A stretch of 64,000 nucleotides of DNA from an uncultured Holophagales bacterium (GTDB lineage: Bacteria; Acidobacteriota; Thermoanaerobaculia; Multivoradales; UBA5704): contig CAWJGT010000009.1 in the NCBI GenBank assembly GCA_963842525.1, positions 1,728,001 to 1,792,000 on the forward strand, written 5' to 3'. Positions within the stretch are counted from its first letter, which is position 1; each line of letters begins with the position of its first letter. The notes beneath the pieces are model-generated. The model searched no databases, was not told the DNA's origin, and saw nothing but the letters and a program-made list of their open reading frames with translations. The position numbers and the translations under genes are program-made. This document shows, piece by piece, positions 1 through 14,932 of this stretch.

Positions 1-2
1 AC

Positions 3-422
3 GGGGTCAAGTTTGGGGTGGCGATCTGCCATGAGGGCTGGCGCTATCCGGAGACGGTGCGGTGGGCGGCGGTGCGGGGCGCCAAGATCGTTTTTCATCT
101 TCAACATACGGGAAACAAGCAAGAGGGCGTGCGTCTGACACAGTGGGGCTCGGCCGACGCGCCCTACTACGAGAAGGCGATGATGATGCGCAGCATCGAA
201 AACACGATCTACTTTGCCAGCGTCAACTATGCTTTGCCCTTCCAGGAATCGGCGACAAGCCTCAGCGACCCGTCAGGCCGGTGCCAAGCGTACCTGCCCT
301 ATGGCCAGGAAGGCGTGCTGGTGCAGGCCATCAATGTCGAGGAAGCGACCGGTCTGCTCGCCACCCGATACGCACCCGAGCGGTATCAGGAAGCCCCGGT
401 CGGCTATGATGGTGCGAAATGA
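3..422 (+). CDS. Carbon-nitrogen hydrolase (nitrilase/amidase family), 5' end outside window
   Basis: GVKFGVAICHEGWRYPE resembles the catalytic-Cys motif of CN-hydrolases; RSIENTIYFASVN is a typical C-terminal motif. Confidence 0.8.
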   Translation, partial: GVKFGVAICHEGWRYPETVRWAAVRGAKIVFHLQHTGNKQEGVRLTQWGSADAPYYEKAMMMRSIENTIYFASVNYALPFQESATSLSDPSGRCQAYLPYGQEGVLVQAINVEEATGLLATRYAPERYQEAPVGYDGAK

Positions 423-1975
423 GAACACGACTCTCGTCCACCCTGTGCGGAGCTTTTTTCATCCCACTCTTGCTGGCCGGCTGCTCGTTGCGCGCGGAGC
501 CGGCGCCGGTGAAGCCCACGGTGTATGCCGCGTATGTTCTGCTGGCGGAGTCTCCCGCGGGAAGCACCGTCGCCTTTGCGCGCGTCATCGTCGATCCCGG
601 CCTGAGCTGCCCTGCGCTCGTCGGCGCTGGAGCGGAGCGGATCGCGATGACGCCGCGCCGCAATCCGCACGGGTTTGCGGTCAAGGTCTGTGAGGCCCGC
701 TATCCGTTCGGGCGCTCGCTCACGGTCGAGGGCGGCCCGGTGCTCCCGCGGGTGGTCGAAGCGCCTTCGCGCATCGCGGTGCTTGGCGATTCGGGCTGCA
801 AGCCGAAGGATCAGGCAGGGTGCGGGCTCGACGATCCGGAGTGGCCTTTGCCGGTTCTGGCCCGAGCCGCGGCGATGAGCCGGCCCGATCTCGTCCTCCA
901 TGTGGGCGACTACAACTATCGCGGCACGCCGAGCGGCTTCAAGACCGCGGTCGACGGCAAAGAGGTCCAGCAGTGGTATTACGATGCCGGCGATGGTGCG
1001 ACCCCGGCGGAGCAGTGCGGGCTCCCGGGTCCTTACTTCAGCCAGAACAGCACGGGCAATCCGGACGCGGACAACTGGCAGGCCTGGTGGCTGGATTTCT
1101 TTCAGCCGGCCGGTGACCTCCTGACCGCGGCCCCTTGGGTCTTCGCGCGCGGCAATCATGAGCTGTGCAGCCACGCGGGCCCGGGCTGGTTCTACTTCCT
1201 CGACGCAAGCTCCGAGCTGCCCGAGGGGGGAGGCCGGCAGCTCGCCTGCCCTTCGCAGGACGGGGCGGCGGGGCCGGCTCTGCCTCATCTGCAGCTCGTC
1301 GAGCCCCAGGTGATCCACCTCGGTGACCTCGATCTGCTGGTGCTCGATTCCGCCAACGCCTGCGACCAGTTGCCCGGGCTGGTCGATGTCTACCGGCGCC
1401 AGCTCATGGCGGCGGCGGGGAGGCTCCGCGGCCACAAGGCATGGCTGGTGACCCACCGGCCGATCTGGGGGATCGAGGACGCGGGCTCCACGCTCTACGG
1501 CTGTGACGGCCAGCCGGAGAGCGGTCCCACGCTTCCCTATGGAGAGCTCAACCAGACCCTCCAATGCGCTCTGCGAGGCGAAGCCGGAAAGGCTCTGCTT
1601 CCCGTGCTCGACCAGATCATCGCCGGCCACATGCACCGGTTCGAGGCCCTCTCCTTCGCCGCCCCGTCCGGCCGTCCGCCATCGCTCATCGTGGGCAACA
1701 GCGGGGTCGCAGAAGACACCGGACCGCCGGCCGGTGCTTTTGCTCAGGCGATCGACGGCGCGGCGGCCTCGGGCTTCTCGGTCGCACAGTTCGGATACCT
1801 CGAGCTGGCGAAGGACGGCAGCGGCGCATGGCGCGGAGCGATGGTGGCTGTGGACCCCGCGGCGTGGTCGCCCTTCCTGGCTCCCTGCACGCCAGGAGCC
1901 GTGGACCAGGCGTTCTGCGTCAAGCCAGCCACCACGCCAGATCCGGGCACGAAGGCCCGGACTGGCGGCCGCTGA
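419..1975 (+). CDS. Secreted or lipoprotein calcineurin-like metallophosphoesterase
   Basis: Lipobox-like LLAGC; motifs GDSG, HVGDYNY, RGNHE, THRP, GHMH. Confidence 0.85.
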   Translation: MRTRLSSTLCGAFFIPLLLAGCSLRAEPAPVKPTVYAAYVLLAESPAGSTVAFARVIVDPGLSCPALVGAGAERIAMTPRRNPHGFAVKVCEARYPFGRSLTVEGGPVLPRVVEAPSRIAVLGDSGCKPKDQAGCGLDDPEWPLPVLARAAAMSRPDLVLHVGDYNYRGTPSGFKTAVDGKEVQQWYYDAGDGATPAEQCGLPGPYFSQNSTGNPDADNWQAWWLDFFQPAGDLLTAAPWVFARGNHELCSHAGPGWFYFLDASSELPEGGGRQLACPSQDGAAGPALPHLQLVEPQVIHLGDLDLLVLDSANACDQLPGLVDVYRRQLMAAAGRLRGHKAWLVTHRPIWGIEDAGSTLYGCDGQPESGPTLPYGELNQTLQCALRGEAGKALLPVLDQIIAGHMHRFEALSFAAPSGRPPSLIVGNSGVAEDTGPPAGAFAQAIDGAAASGFSVAQFGYLELAKDGSGAWRGAMVAVDPAAWSPFLAPCTPGAVDQAFCVKPATTPDPGTKARTGGR

Positions 1976-1986
1976 GCTATTCGCCG

Positions 1987-3690
1987 TCATGGATTGCCGG
2001 CCGCCACCTGCCGGCCATCCTCGGCCTTGGCCCGGAGCAGCGGGGCGATGCGTTCGATCTCGCCCTGGAGATGGCCGACGATCTCTTCCATCCCTGACCA
2101 TTCCACCCTGCGTCCTCGCGTCTCGAGGTCGTGGCAGATCTTCGCCAGCCGGCGGGCGCCGAGCTGCGCGCCGCTCCCCATGAAGGCGTGGGCGACGAAG
2201 ACGAAATTGAGGTTGTCCTTGGCGGCCAGGGCGAGCCGCAGCTCCGCGAGCCGGCGCGGCGCCTCGGCCAGGAAGCGGTCGATGATCGGCGACACCAGCT
2301 CCTGGCCGGTCCTGGCCTGGAGCTGCCGCAACTGATCGATGTATTTCGGATCGAACGACTCGACGTCGCCGTTGGCACCGGCGGCGGGAGGCGGCGCCGG
2401 CACAGCGGTTCCCTCCCCGCGGCACAACGCCGCGCGCAGATCCTCCAGAAGCACCGGCTTGCTCAGGTAGTCGTCCATCCCGGCGGCCAGACAGGTCTCG
2501 CGGTCCTCGCGCAGGGCGTTGGCGGTCACCGCGATGATCCGCGGGCGCTCTCTGGGCGGACATTCGCTCCGGATGCGCCGCGTCGCCTCGAGCCCGTCCA
2601 TCCGGGGCATCTGGACGTCCATGAGGATGACGTCGTAGTGCTGCCGGCGCAGCGCGGTCAGGGTCTCCTCGCCGTTGGCGGCCACGTCCGCTGCATAGCC
2701 CAGCCGTTGCAGCAGGAGAAGCGCCACCTTCTGGTTGACCACGTTGTCCTCGGCGACCAGGATGCGCAGCGGCGGGAGCCCGGATCCGGCGATCCTGCCC
2801 GCATCTTTGCTCTCGCGCGGGCCGGCTCACTCTCCACCCACATCCGCCCTCCCAGCCCCTGGGCGAGCCGGTGGCTGATGGCCAGGCCCAGCCCGGTTCC
2901 GCCATACAGCCGGCTGGTCGAGGAGTCCGCCTGGCTGAACGGGCGGAACAGGCGATCCATACGGTCTGCGGAGATGCCGATCCCGGTGTCGCGCACGGCG
3001 AAGCGGAAGCTCCGCCAGCTCGCCCCCCGAGCCTTCCGGCGGCGGTGAACAGGCCTCGACCCGGACGAGGACCTCTCCCGAGGAGGTGAACTTGACCGCG
3101 TTGCCCAGGAGGTTGACCAGGATCTGGCGCAGCCGGGTGGCGTCGCTCTCGATCAGGGCCGGCACCGCGGGATCGATCAGGCAGCCGATCTCCAGCCCCA
3201 GCCGGTCCGCCAGGGTGAAAGAGGGATCACGAAGGAGACCTCGACCGGCCCGGACTCGAATCCCCTGGCATCGCGCCCCCAGACGCGAAACCGGTAGGAG
3301 CCTGCCGTGCAGACGGGCGAGGCCGATGCCCGTGGCGAACCACATCGAGCCGTCCGCGCCGGCCAGGATGTCGCGGATGCTGTTTGACTCCTCCCGGTTC
3401 GGCATGTCGACCGTCTTCCAGGAGCGGCCGTTGTAGACCGCCGCGCCATCCTGGGTGCCGGTCCAGAGGTAGCCTCGCGCGTCGAGGGCGAAGGCTTGGG
3501 GCGAGCTTTGGGGCAGACCTTGCTCAGAGGCGAAAAAACGGACGGACGGACGGCCTTCGGGGAGGCGGGGGACGTCGGAGAACCCGATGGCAAGGGCGGG
3601 GGCCGCGGCGAGCAGAGTCAGAGCCGCTCCCGCAAGGAGGCGGAGAAAGATCCGGCCCAGGGCCGCATAGCTCCGCGCAGAAACATCCAT
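1987..3690 (-). pseudogene. Internally deleted paralog of the adjacent hybrid histidine kinase (N-terminus, Y_Y_Y scrap, partial HATPase, REC, Hpt)
   Basis: Pieces are collinear with 3796-8090 but about 2.5 kb is missing at junctions near 3303, 3199 and 2822; REC ([13 protein letters not shown]) and Hpt (AHAFMGSG) remain in 1987-2742. Confidence 0.8.
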
Positions 3691-3795
3691 CGACGAGATC
3701 CGCCCTCTCACACAGGGAGGGGCCTATTGTGCCATGCCGGCAGCACAGCTTCTCATTGCAGACGAGATGAGCTGGATCGTCACCGCACCCTTGCT

Positions 3796-8090
<4,295 letters not shown>

Positions 8091-8148
8091 GATCGCCCTC
8101 TCACACAGGGAAAGGCCTATTCTGCCATGCTGCCGGCACAGCGACTAG

Positions 8149-9576
8149 TTACGGACGGCGGGCGGTCATCCGCGCCACGATCTCCAGGAACTGTGCGTCC
8201 TTCCGCAGCTCCGCGAAAGCCGGCTCCGCCTCCAGGGCCTTCGCATCAGAAAAGCCCTTGTCCACGGCCATGCTCAGGGATTCCAGTGCCTTCTTGTGGC
8301 CGGGCTTTCCCTTGAGGGCGTACAGGGTCGCGATTTCCACCCACGGGCCGGGATCTTCTGGACGGATTTCGGCTCCGACGGACAGCATGAAGATGGCGCG
8401 GTCGTACTGCTTTTTCGCGACGAGCGCCTGCGGCTGGTAAAACCGTAGCTGGCCCAGGTACATGTTGAGGACCCGCTTGGCGGCGAGGCTCTCCTCGGTA
8501 TCGGCGGCATGGGCCGACTCCATGCGCTTCTTGAGCTCCGGGATCTTGAGCGCGGCGGCGACCTGCGCCACGGTCACCGGCTCGTTGCCCGGACTGGTGC
8601 GCATCAGGATGCCGGGCGCGTTGGCGAGGATCTCCTTGTCCCGGCGGTCCCGGGCTTCGCGGTCGCGCAGCTCCTGCTGGCAGGCCGGCGAGGCGGCCAG
8701 GGCCGCCGCCTCGCGTTCGGCCTCCGACACATCCCGTAGACCGGCATAGTCGACGGCCATGGCCGACCAGGTGTGGAGGGCGTCCCCTGGATGGACCGCG
8801 GCCTGCGCCCGTGCCCGCTCGCGGTCCGCGGCCCATTCCGCCTCGATCAGCGCGGGGCTCTTCTCCCGCAGCCCCTTTTTCATCGCCTGAAGCTCCATCC
8901 AGCCGACCGCTCTGCTGGCGAGCTCCACCGGCGGCCAGTCATGCGTGCCGGCGAAGCCCTCGATGCGGTGCGGGACGGCGAGCGCCGCGAGCGCCTGATC
9001 GAGGTCCCGCATCTCGTAGTAGTTGAAATCGCGGTCGCCATACGTGCCGTAGAAGACGAAGGGGTTGTCCCGCTTGGGCTGCGATCCGATGGGGAAGCCG
9101 GCGCTGGCTCCGATGACCCCGGCGATCGACCCGGGCGCCGTGAGAGCCAGGACGCAGGCGAAGCGCACCGTGCCCGAGTAGCCTGCCGCGTACACGCGCC
9201 GGTCGTCGATCGAAAAGCGGGCATGGGTGTCCGCCCACAACGCCTTCATGGCCGCGAAGTTACCCTCCATCGGCCGGTCGCCCCCCACGTCGCTCGCCGT
9301 GCTCCAGGAGCTGACCACGATCCAGCCGTAGGTCTCGGCAGCCCGCTGAAACAGCTCAGCCACTCTCTTGCCGTCCCCGCGCGCGTCGAAGGCATAGAGG
9401 ACCGGCCACTGGCGCTCCGGGGTGTACGTGGAAGGAAGATAGAGGGCGTATGCCTGGTCCGGCTGTTTCTCGCAGACCACCCGCTCGATCACCGTCCCCC
9501 GTGGCAGCTCGGCCGCGGTGGCGCCGGACGCGAAGAGGTGGAGGAGGGCCAGGAGGAAGGTCAGGGTGCGGGGCAT
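8149..9576 (-). CDS. Secreted alpha/beta-hydrolase (esterase-like) with C-terminal TPR region
   Basis: Signal peptide MPRTLTFLL; YALYLP, RVYAAGYSGT nucleophile-elbow-like motif, GTHDWP; helical C-terminus. Confidence 0.7.
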   Translation of the reverse strand: MPRTLTFLLALLHLFASGATAAELPRGTVIERVVCEKQPDQAYALYLPSTYTPERQWPVLYAFDARGDGKRVAELFQRAAETYGWIVVSSWSTASDVGGDRPMEGNFAAMKALWADTHARFSIDDRRVYAAGYSGTVRFACVLALTAPGSIAGVIGASAGFPIGSQPKRDNPFVFYGTYGDRDFNYYEMRDLDQALAALAVPHRIEGFAGTHDWPPVELASRAVGWMELQAMKKGLREKSPALIEAEWAADRERARAQAAVHPGDALHTWSAMAVDYAGLRDVSEAEREAAALAASPACQQELRDREARDRRDKEILANAPGILMRTSPGNEPVTVAQVAAALKIPELKKRMESAHAADTEESLAAKRVLNMYLGQLRFYQPQALVAKKQYDRAIFMLSVGAEIRPEDPGPWVEIATLYALKGKPGHKKALESLSMAVDKGFSDAKALEAEPAFAELRKDAQFLEIVARMTARRP

Positions 9577-9701
9577 CGGAGCATGATAGCGGGTGGTCGC
9601 CTGACAGTGGAACAGCGTGAGCTGTTCTCGCCTTGCAAGACGGCTCGACTCCTTGCGAGGGGCCTTCCGCTCCTTGCTAGAATTCACCCGAGGAGGATGC
9701 G

Positions 9702-9770
9702 ATGGAAACCGCTGTTACCAAGAAAGGCCAGACGAATATTCCGGCGGCGATCCGCAAGCGGTATCAAGAT
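9702..9770 (+). pseudogene. Remnant N-terminus of an AbrB/MazE-type antitoxin
   Basis: AGGAGG RBS at 9691, then METAVTKKGQTNIPAAIRKRYQ (AbrB-like KGQxxIPxxIR), after which the sequence runs into the opposite-strand gene. Confidence 0.6.
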
Positions 9771-11040
9771 CCTCTTTCGCGCGCCCCGCCTCCAGCCAGA
9801 GCACCGCCAAGTCCAAGCCCGAAAGGGCTGCGTCGTAGGGCAGCTCCTCGGCGGTGAAGACCCGTTGCACCTGCTCCAGCCGCTCCATGGCTTCCCGCTT
9901 CTGCCCCAACCCGGCCAGGGTCTTCGCTTCCAGCCGGTCGAGGCGGGTGAGGTCCAGCGCGTTGCGCTGCTGTTCCGCGAGCTCGCGTACCTTCGGCAGC
10001 AGCTCTGCCGCTTCCGCGTAGCGTTCCATGTAACAGAAGTTTCTCGCAGTCTTAAACCGCAGCGAAAGAAGCAGGTGCGGATCGCACGACGCTTCAACAG
10101 GAGCTTCAGCTTCATCCAAGACGGCCAGCGCAGCTTCAAATTCCCCCATCTGATCGAAGACGCGCTCTTTTTCAAGCAGGATCATAGCGGCCGCCGATCT
10201 GTCGTCGCCACGGCTCGCAAAAGCCTGGTCGAAGAGGACCAAGGCTTTTGAAAACTGCCGTTGCTCCCGCCGCAGGGCAGCTTCAAAAAGGTGCAACCCC
10301 CATTCGGGGAGCAACCCTTCGGGGTCGGTTCCGGACTTCCAGAGGTCCCTGGCCATGGTGAAGGCCTGATCGGCCCCCTCGAAGTCATTCGCGACGCGGC
10401 GTGCGTTGCCGATGTGAAGCCAGCAAAAGCCTAGGAGCCGGCGTTGGAAGCTTCCCTCCTCTGCCACCCGCTCGGCGATGAAGAGGGCCAGATCCGCGAG
10501 ATCTAGCGCCTCGTCGGTCTTGTGGGCGGCCGCCCGCACGCTTGCCGTGCACACCCGCACGGCCAACGCCCAGCTCCGCGAAGCCCGCAGTGCAAATCCG
10601 AGCAACCGACGCCGCTTGCGCATCGGCAAGGGATCCAGCGCCGCCCAGACCTCCTCGGCTTCCCGCAACGCCACTATAGAAGACTTGCGGCCCGGTGCCG
10701 CAACTCCCTCTTCGATCCCATCAGAGGCTACCGAAAGCTGCGCGATGTCGAGGGTCACCTGCGCAGGATCCGCGGCGGCAACTCTGTGGCGAGCGGCGGA
10801 AATCAGCGCAGTGTAGAAGCGCCGGACGTGCACAACCAGGGACCACTCAAGGCCCGCGGTCCTCGCCATCCGCCGGAGGGCAGCTTCCGGCGGAGCCTTC
10901 TTGCCTGCCTCATAGTCCGAGAGGTCGCTCTGCGACACCCCGGCCTTCTCCCCGAAATCGTTCTGCGACTTCCTGCCGGCGTGGAAGCGCAGGAAACGGA
11001 CCACATACTTCAGAACCTCGGGATCACCCCTCTTCGCCAT
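9715..11040 (-). CDS. XRE helix-turn-helix regulator with C-terminal TPR-like helical repeats; 3' end probably truncated
   Basis: SQNDFGEKAGVSQSDLSDYEAGKKAP HTH; helical repeats such as HIGNARRVANDFEGADQAF and EAALRREQRQFSKALVLFDQA. Confidence 0.8.
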   Translation of the reverse strand: MAKRGDPEVLKYVVRFLRFHAGRKSQNDFGEKAGVSQSDLSDYEAGKKAPPEAALRRMARTAGLEWSLVVHVRRFYTALISAARHRVAAADPAQVTLDIAQLSVASDGIEEGVAAPGRKSSIVALREAEEVWAALDPLPMRKRRRLLGFALRASRSWALAVRVCTASVRAAAHKTDEALDLADLALFIAERVAEEGSFQRRLLGFCWLHIGNARRVANDFEGADQAFTMARDLWKSGTDPEGLLPEWGLHLFEAALRREQRQFSKALVLFDQAFASRGDDRSAAAMILLEKERVFDQMGEFEAALAVLDEAEAPVEASCDPHLLLSLRFKTARNFCYMERYAEAAELLPKVRELAEQQRNALDLTRLDRLEAKTLAGLGQKREAMERLEQVQRVFTAEELPYDAALSGLDLAVLWLEAGRAKEDLDTACGSPPEYSSGLSW

Positions 11041-11153
11041 GCCTCTCACCCCTCTGTGCTGGACATGAGCTATGGTCGTTTGGTGCACTTTTGTCCAAAG
11101 AGGCGCCCGCACGGCCATGGGGGCCGCGCCGGAGCGCTCTCCCGGGAGCCATC

Positions 11154-11414
11154 ATGCTCAGCACCTCTCTGCGTCGCAAGGTCATCCTTCTCCTGTTAGT
11201 CGCGGTCCTTGCCGTTCCCTGGGCTGCTCTGGCCGGGCCACCGACCGGGCACCTTCGGGCGGTGGAAGCCAACGTCCCCGTACACCCCGATTTCTTCGGC
11301 GGGCTCTGGAGTTGGCTCACGAGGCTGTGGAGCGAAACGGGCTGCAGCATCGACCCGCTCGGCCACTGCATCCCCGGCACTAGAATAGGACGCGCCAAGA
11401 CCCGCTTCCAATGA
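11154..11414 (+). CDS. Small secreted protein (86 aa) with Trp-rich helix and C-SIDPLGH-C loop; candidate propeptide
   Basis: GGGAG RBS; MLSTSLRRKVILLLLVAVLAVPWAALA signal peptide; LWSWLTRLWSETGCSIDPLGHC; stop overlaps the next start (ATGA). Confidence 0.7.
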   Translation: MLSTSLRRKVILLLLVAVLAVPWAALAGPPTGHLRAVEANVPVHPDFFGGLWSWLTRLWSETGCSIDPLGHCIPGTRIGRAKTRFQ

Positions 11415-14130
11415 CCGATCAAGAACGCTCCTCCCCTGGCAAGGACCGGCCGGCTTATCTCGGCGCCTACCGGTTGGAGCGCCCGCTGGGGCAGGGTGGA
11501 ATGGGGGAGGTGTTCCTTGCTTGGGACGACCGGCTGGGACGGCGGGTGGCGATCAAACGGCTCCGTCCTGGCTCCGGGGATCCGGAGGGACGGGAGCGAC
11601 TCCGCCGCGAGGCCCGCGCAGCGGCGGGCGTCTCCCATCCGGCCCTGGTGCAGGTCTACGACGTCGTCCTCGATCCGGCGGGCGATGCGGTGGTCCTCGA
11701 GTATGTCGAGGGGCGGACCTTCGCCGAGCTGCTGGCCGGCGGGACCTGCCCACCGGGGCTTGCTGTCCGCCTGGGGAGGGAGATCGCCGAGGGCCTCGCG
11801 GCCGCCCACGCGGCCGGCCTGGTCCACCGCGACCTCAAGGCCGAGAATGTGATCCTCACCCCTTCCAGCCACGCCAAGGTCCTCGACTTCGGCCTTGCCC
11901 GCCCGGTGGGGCCGGAGGCGCAGCGGCTCACCGATCACGGGATGCTCCTCGGGACCTATCACGCCATGTCGCCCGAGCAGGCCCGCGGCGCCGAGCTGGA
12001 CGGGCGCTCCGATCTCTTCTCGCTGGGCGTCCTGCTCTACGAGCTTCTGACCGGCCGCTCGCCGTTCCGGGGCAGCGACCCCGTGGATACCCTGCAGCGG
12101 GTGACCTCGGCCGAGCCGATCCCGCTTGCGCAGCTACGGCCGGACCTCCCCCCTGAGATCGGTGCGCTCGTCAGCCGCCTCCTCGCCAAGGACCCTGGAG
12201 CACGGCCGGCGAATGCGGGCATTGTTGCGCGCGAGCTTGCGGCGATCAGCGAGCTTCCTGCCCTTGCCGGCTGTGGCGATGAGGCGTGGGGTGGAGGCCT
12301 GTGGAGCGACCTGCCGACGGCTGGGCCTGGACCGGGATTGCCGGCGATGTCTGCGATGGGGGCGACGCCGGCGACCGCCCCAGCCCTTGCCCCTGCCGCG
12401 GGTCCCAGGATCTCCGGAAGCTCGTTCGCACCGCCGCGCTTCCGTCTTCGCCGGCCGGCTGTCTGGGTGGCGATGGTCCTCGTGGGGCTCGGCCTCCTGG
12501 GCAGCCTCGCCCTGCACTATCGCGCCCGGCCGCCGCGGCGCGTGGTGGTGCTGCGGCCGGTCGTGACTTCCGGATCTCCAGAGACCCCGGAAATCACCGA
12601 ACGGCTGTCCCTCGCTGCCTCCGGGGTCCTCGTCGCCAGCCTGGCCGGGCTCACGTCGTTTGAGGGCCTGGCTCCTCTCGATCCGTCCCAGGCTGGAACG
12701 GCTGGAGACGCCGCCGGCTCGCTGGCCGGCGCGGCGCGGGCGGCAGCGGCGGACGAGGTGCTCTCGGCGACTCTCGAACGAACGGAAGGCGAGCTTGCCC
12801 GCCTCACTCTCCGCCGGGTTGCCGCGGATGGGCAAGTCTTGTGGGCCGAAGGCTTCGAGATCCCCACGGCGCCGGCCGATCTCCACCTGCTGGCCGACGC
12901 CGTCTACGTCCATCTCCGGAGGGCCTGGCCGCAAGCGCGACGGCGCGACGGCACTCCCGACCTCGACGCGCGCGACGAGGACTACGCGGCCTTCCTCGAT
13001 ATCCGCCGCCGGATCGATTCGGGTCGGTCGCCGCTGGCGCCGGAGCTCGTCCGCCTGGAGGAGATCCTTCGCCGCTCGCCGCGCTTCCTCGAAGCCCAGC
13101 TCCAGGCGGCGCGCTGCGCTGAAAGCCTCTATCAATCGAAGCGCGATCCCGATTTCCTGGTCCGTGGCAACCGCTTCGTGGCCGCGGCGCGGGAGATTGC
13201 TCCCAACGATCCCCGGCCGCTCGCCGAGCTTTTCCGCCTCTCCGTCGCCTCCGGCCAGACAGCAGAGGCTCGAGAAGGCCCTGGCGGAGCTTGCGCGGCT
13301 CCAGCCGGCAGACCCCGAGCTTGCGGTCCTGCGTGCGAGCCTCGCCGAGAGCCGCGGCCGGACGGACGACGCGCTCGCCGAGCTGCGCGCCGCGGTGACC
13401 CAGGTGCCGTCCTGGAGGAACCTCTATCGTCTGGCCGACCTCGCCGCCCGGAGCGGGCGCGTTGCCGAGGCACGCGGGCATTTCCAGGCGCTCCTCGCCC
13501 GCTCGCCCGGCAATCTCTGGGCGCGCGAGAAGCTTGCCGAGATGGAGCTGCTCTACGGCGATCTGCCCCGCGCCGAGCAGCTTTACTCGGACCTCCTCGC
13601 CACCTCGGACCAGCGTAGCTACTGGACCAACCTCGGCCTCACCCGATTCCTCCTTGGCCGGCCGGCGGCGGCGGTCGAGGCCTATCGCAAGGCGCTCGGC
13701 TTCGATCCCGAGCACGTCTACGTCCGCTTGAACCTGGCCGATGCCCTTCTCGCCCTGGGCCGGGAAGGGGAGGCGAAGGACCTCTATGCCCGGGTCCTCG
13801 GCGCGCTGGAGGCGAACCGGAAGGCGGCGCCTCCGAGCGCGGTCGACGAGATGACCCGCGCTCAGTGTCTGGTCCAGCTCGGCCGCGCCCGCGAGGCGGT
13901 CGAGCTCACCCAGCAGACGCTGCAGGCGAACCCCGGCGATCCTCAGGTGGTCTATCTGGCGTCGCTCGTCTACGCCCTGGCCGGCGACCGCGCCTCCGCG
14001 CTCGTCAACGCCGAAGCCGCGCTCGACAAGGGCGTCCAGCCGCGCTGGTTCCGGCTCGCCGCCTTTGCTCCGCTCGCGGGCGACTCCGAGCTTCTCGGCG
14101 CGGCTCGCCGGCCACGATCAACGGCACTAA
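11411..14130 (+). CDS. Hanks-type Ser/Thr protein kinase with TM helix and TPR region; frameshifts near 13270 and 14100
   Basis: LGQGGMGEV, VAIK, HRDLKAEN, DFGLA, MSPEQ; TM VWVAMVLVGLGLLG; TPRs continue in ORF 12660-14267. Confidence 0.85.
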
Positions 14131-14136
14131 CCCGCC

Positions 14137-14883
14137 CTAACCAGGAGGGCCACCGTTGTCGATCACCGGGTCGCCGGTCGCCAGCGTCTCGCCGCCCGCG
14201 CCCACGAGCCTCATGTGGTAGGTGTACTTGCCTAGCGGGGCCCGCCACTGGCCCGCTCCGACGATGAACTGGCTCGCCCCGGAGTCGCTGCCCGCAGAGC
14301 GCAGGCTGGTGAGGCTCTGGAAGGGGCCGATCAGCGGGTGCCGGGCACCCTGCGGGCCTTCGGAAACGTACAGGTAGACCGACCCTTCGGGTGGAAGATC
14401 ATAGAAGGTCCAGAACGGAGAGTCGCCGTCGTTCAGCCGCAGGGTGAAGGGCTCGGCGATCAGGAGCCCTTGCTCCCCATCGTAGCGGACCCTCACCTCG
14501 GGGGTGGTGTCGACGCGGGTGGCGTGGTTGTCGAGCGTGGCAGCCGAGCGGGTGGAGACGGTCTGCGGGGCCTCCTGCGAGCCGAAAACGAGCGCGGCAT
14601 GGTAGGTGTGAACGCCACCATGCTCTGGACCGGCATTGCCCTTGCCCACCAGGGTGAGGAGGTCCGGGGAGGTCTGCAGGACGTGGAAGGGGCCGAGTCG
14701 GCGGTCGAAGCGCAGGGCCGGGACGGCTTGGAGATCCGCGGGAACGTCGAGGAACTTCCAGACCACCCGTTGATCGTCCTGCAGCTCGAAGCCGGGCGGG
14801 TCGATGACCAGAAACGGTCCTTCGGCATCCTCCTGATAGGAGACCTCGACGACGAGCTTCTGAGGCATTTCCTGATTTGTCAT
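14137..14883 (-). CDS. Hypothetical protein made of two related beta-rich domains ending ATLDN and DPVIDN
   Basis: Purine-rich RBS before MTNQEMPQ; internal duplication (W.F.D.P, GPF..L, TYH..LV). Confidence 0.65.
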   Translation of the reverse strand: MTNQEMPQKLVVEVSYQEDAEGPFLVIDPPGFELQDDQRVVWKFLDVPADLQAVPALRFDRRLGPFHVLQTSPDLLTLVGKGNAGPEHGGVHTYHAALVFGSQEAPQTVSTRSAATLDNHATRVDTTPEVRVRYDGEQGLLIAEPFTLRLNDGDSPFWTFYDLPPEGSVYLYVSEGPQGARHPLIGPFQSLTSLRSAGSDSGASQFIVGAGQWRAPLGKYTYHMRLVGAGGETLATGDPVIDNGGPPG

Positions 14884-14932
14884 GTTTCCATCCCTCTCCC
14901 TTGGTAACTCGAAAGTCATGCGCGAGCCCTGG

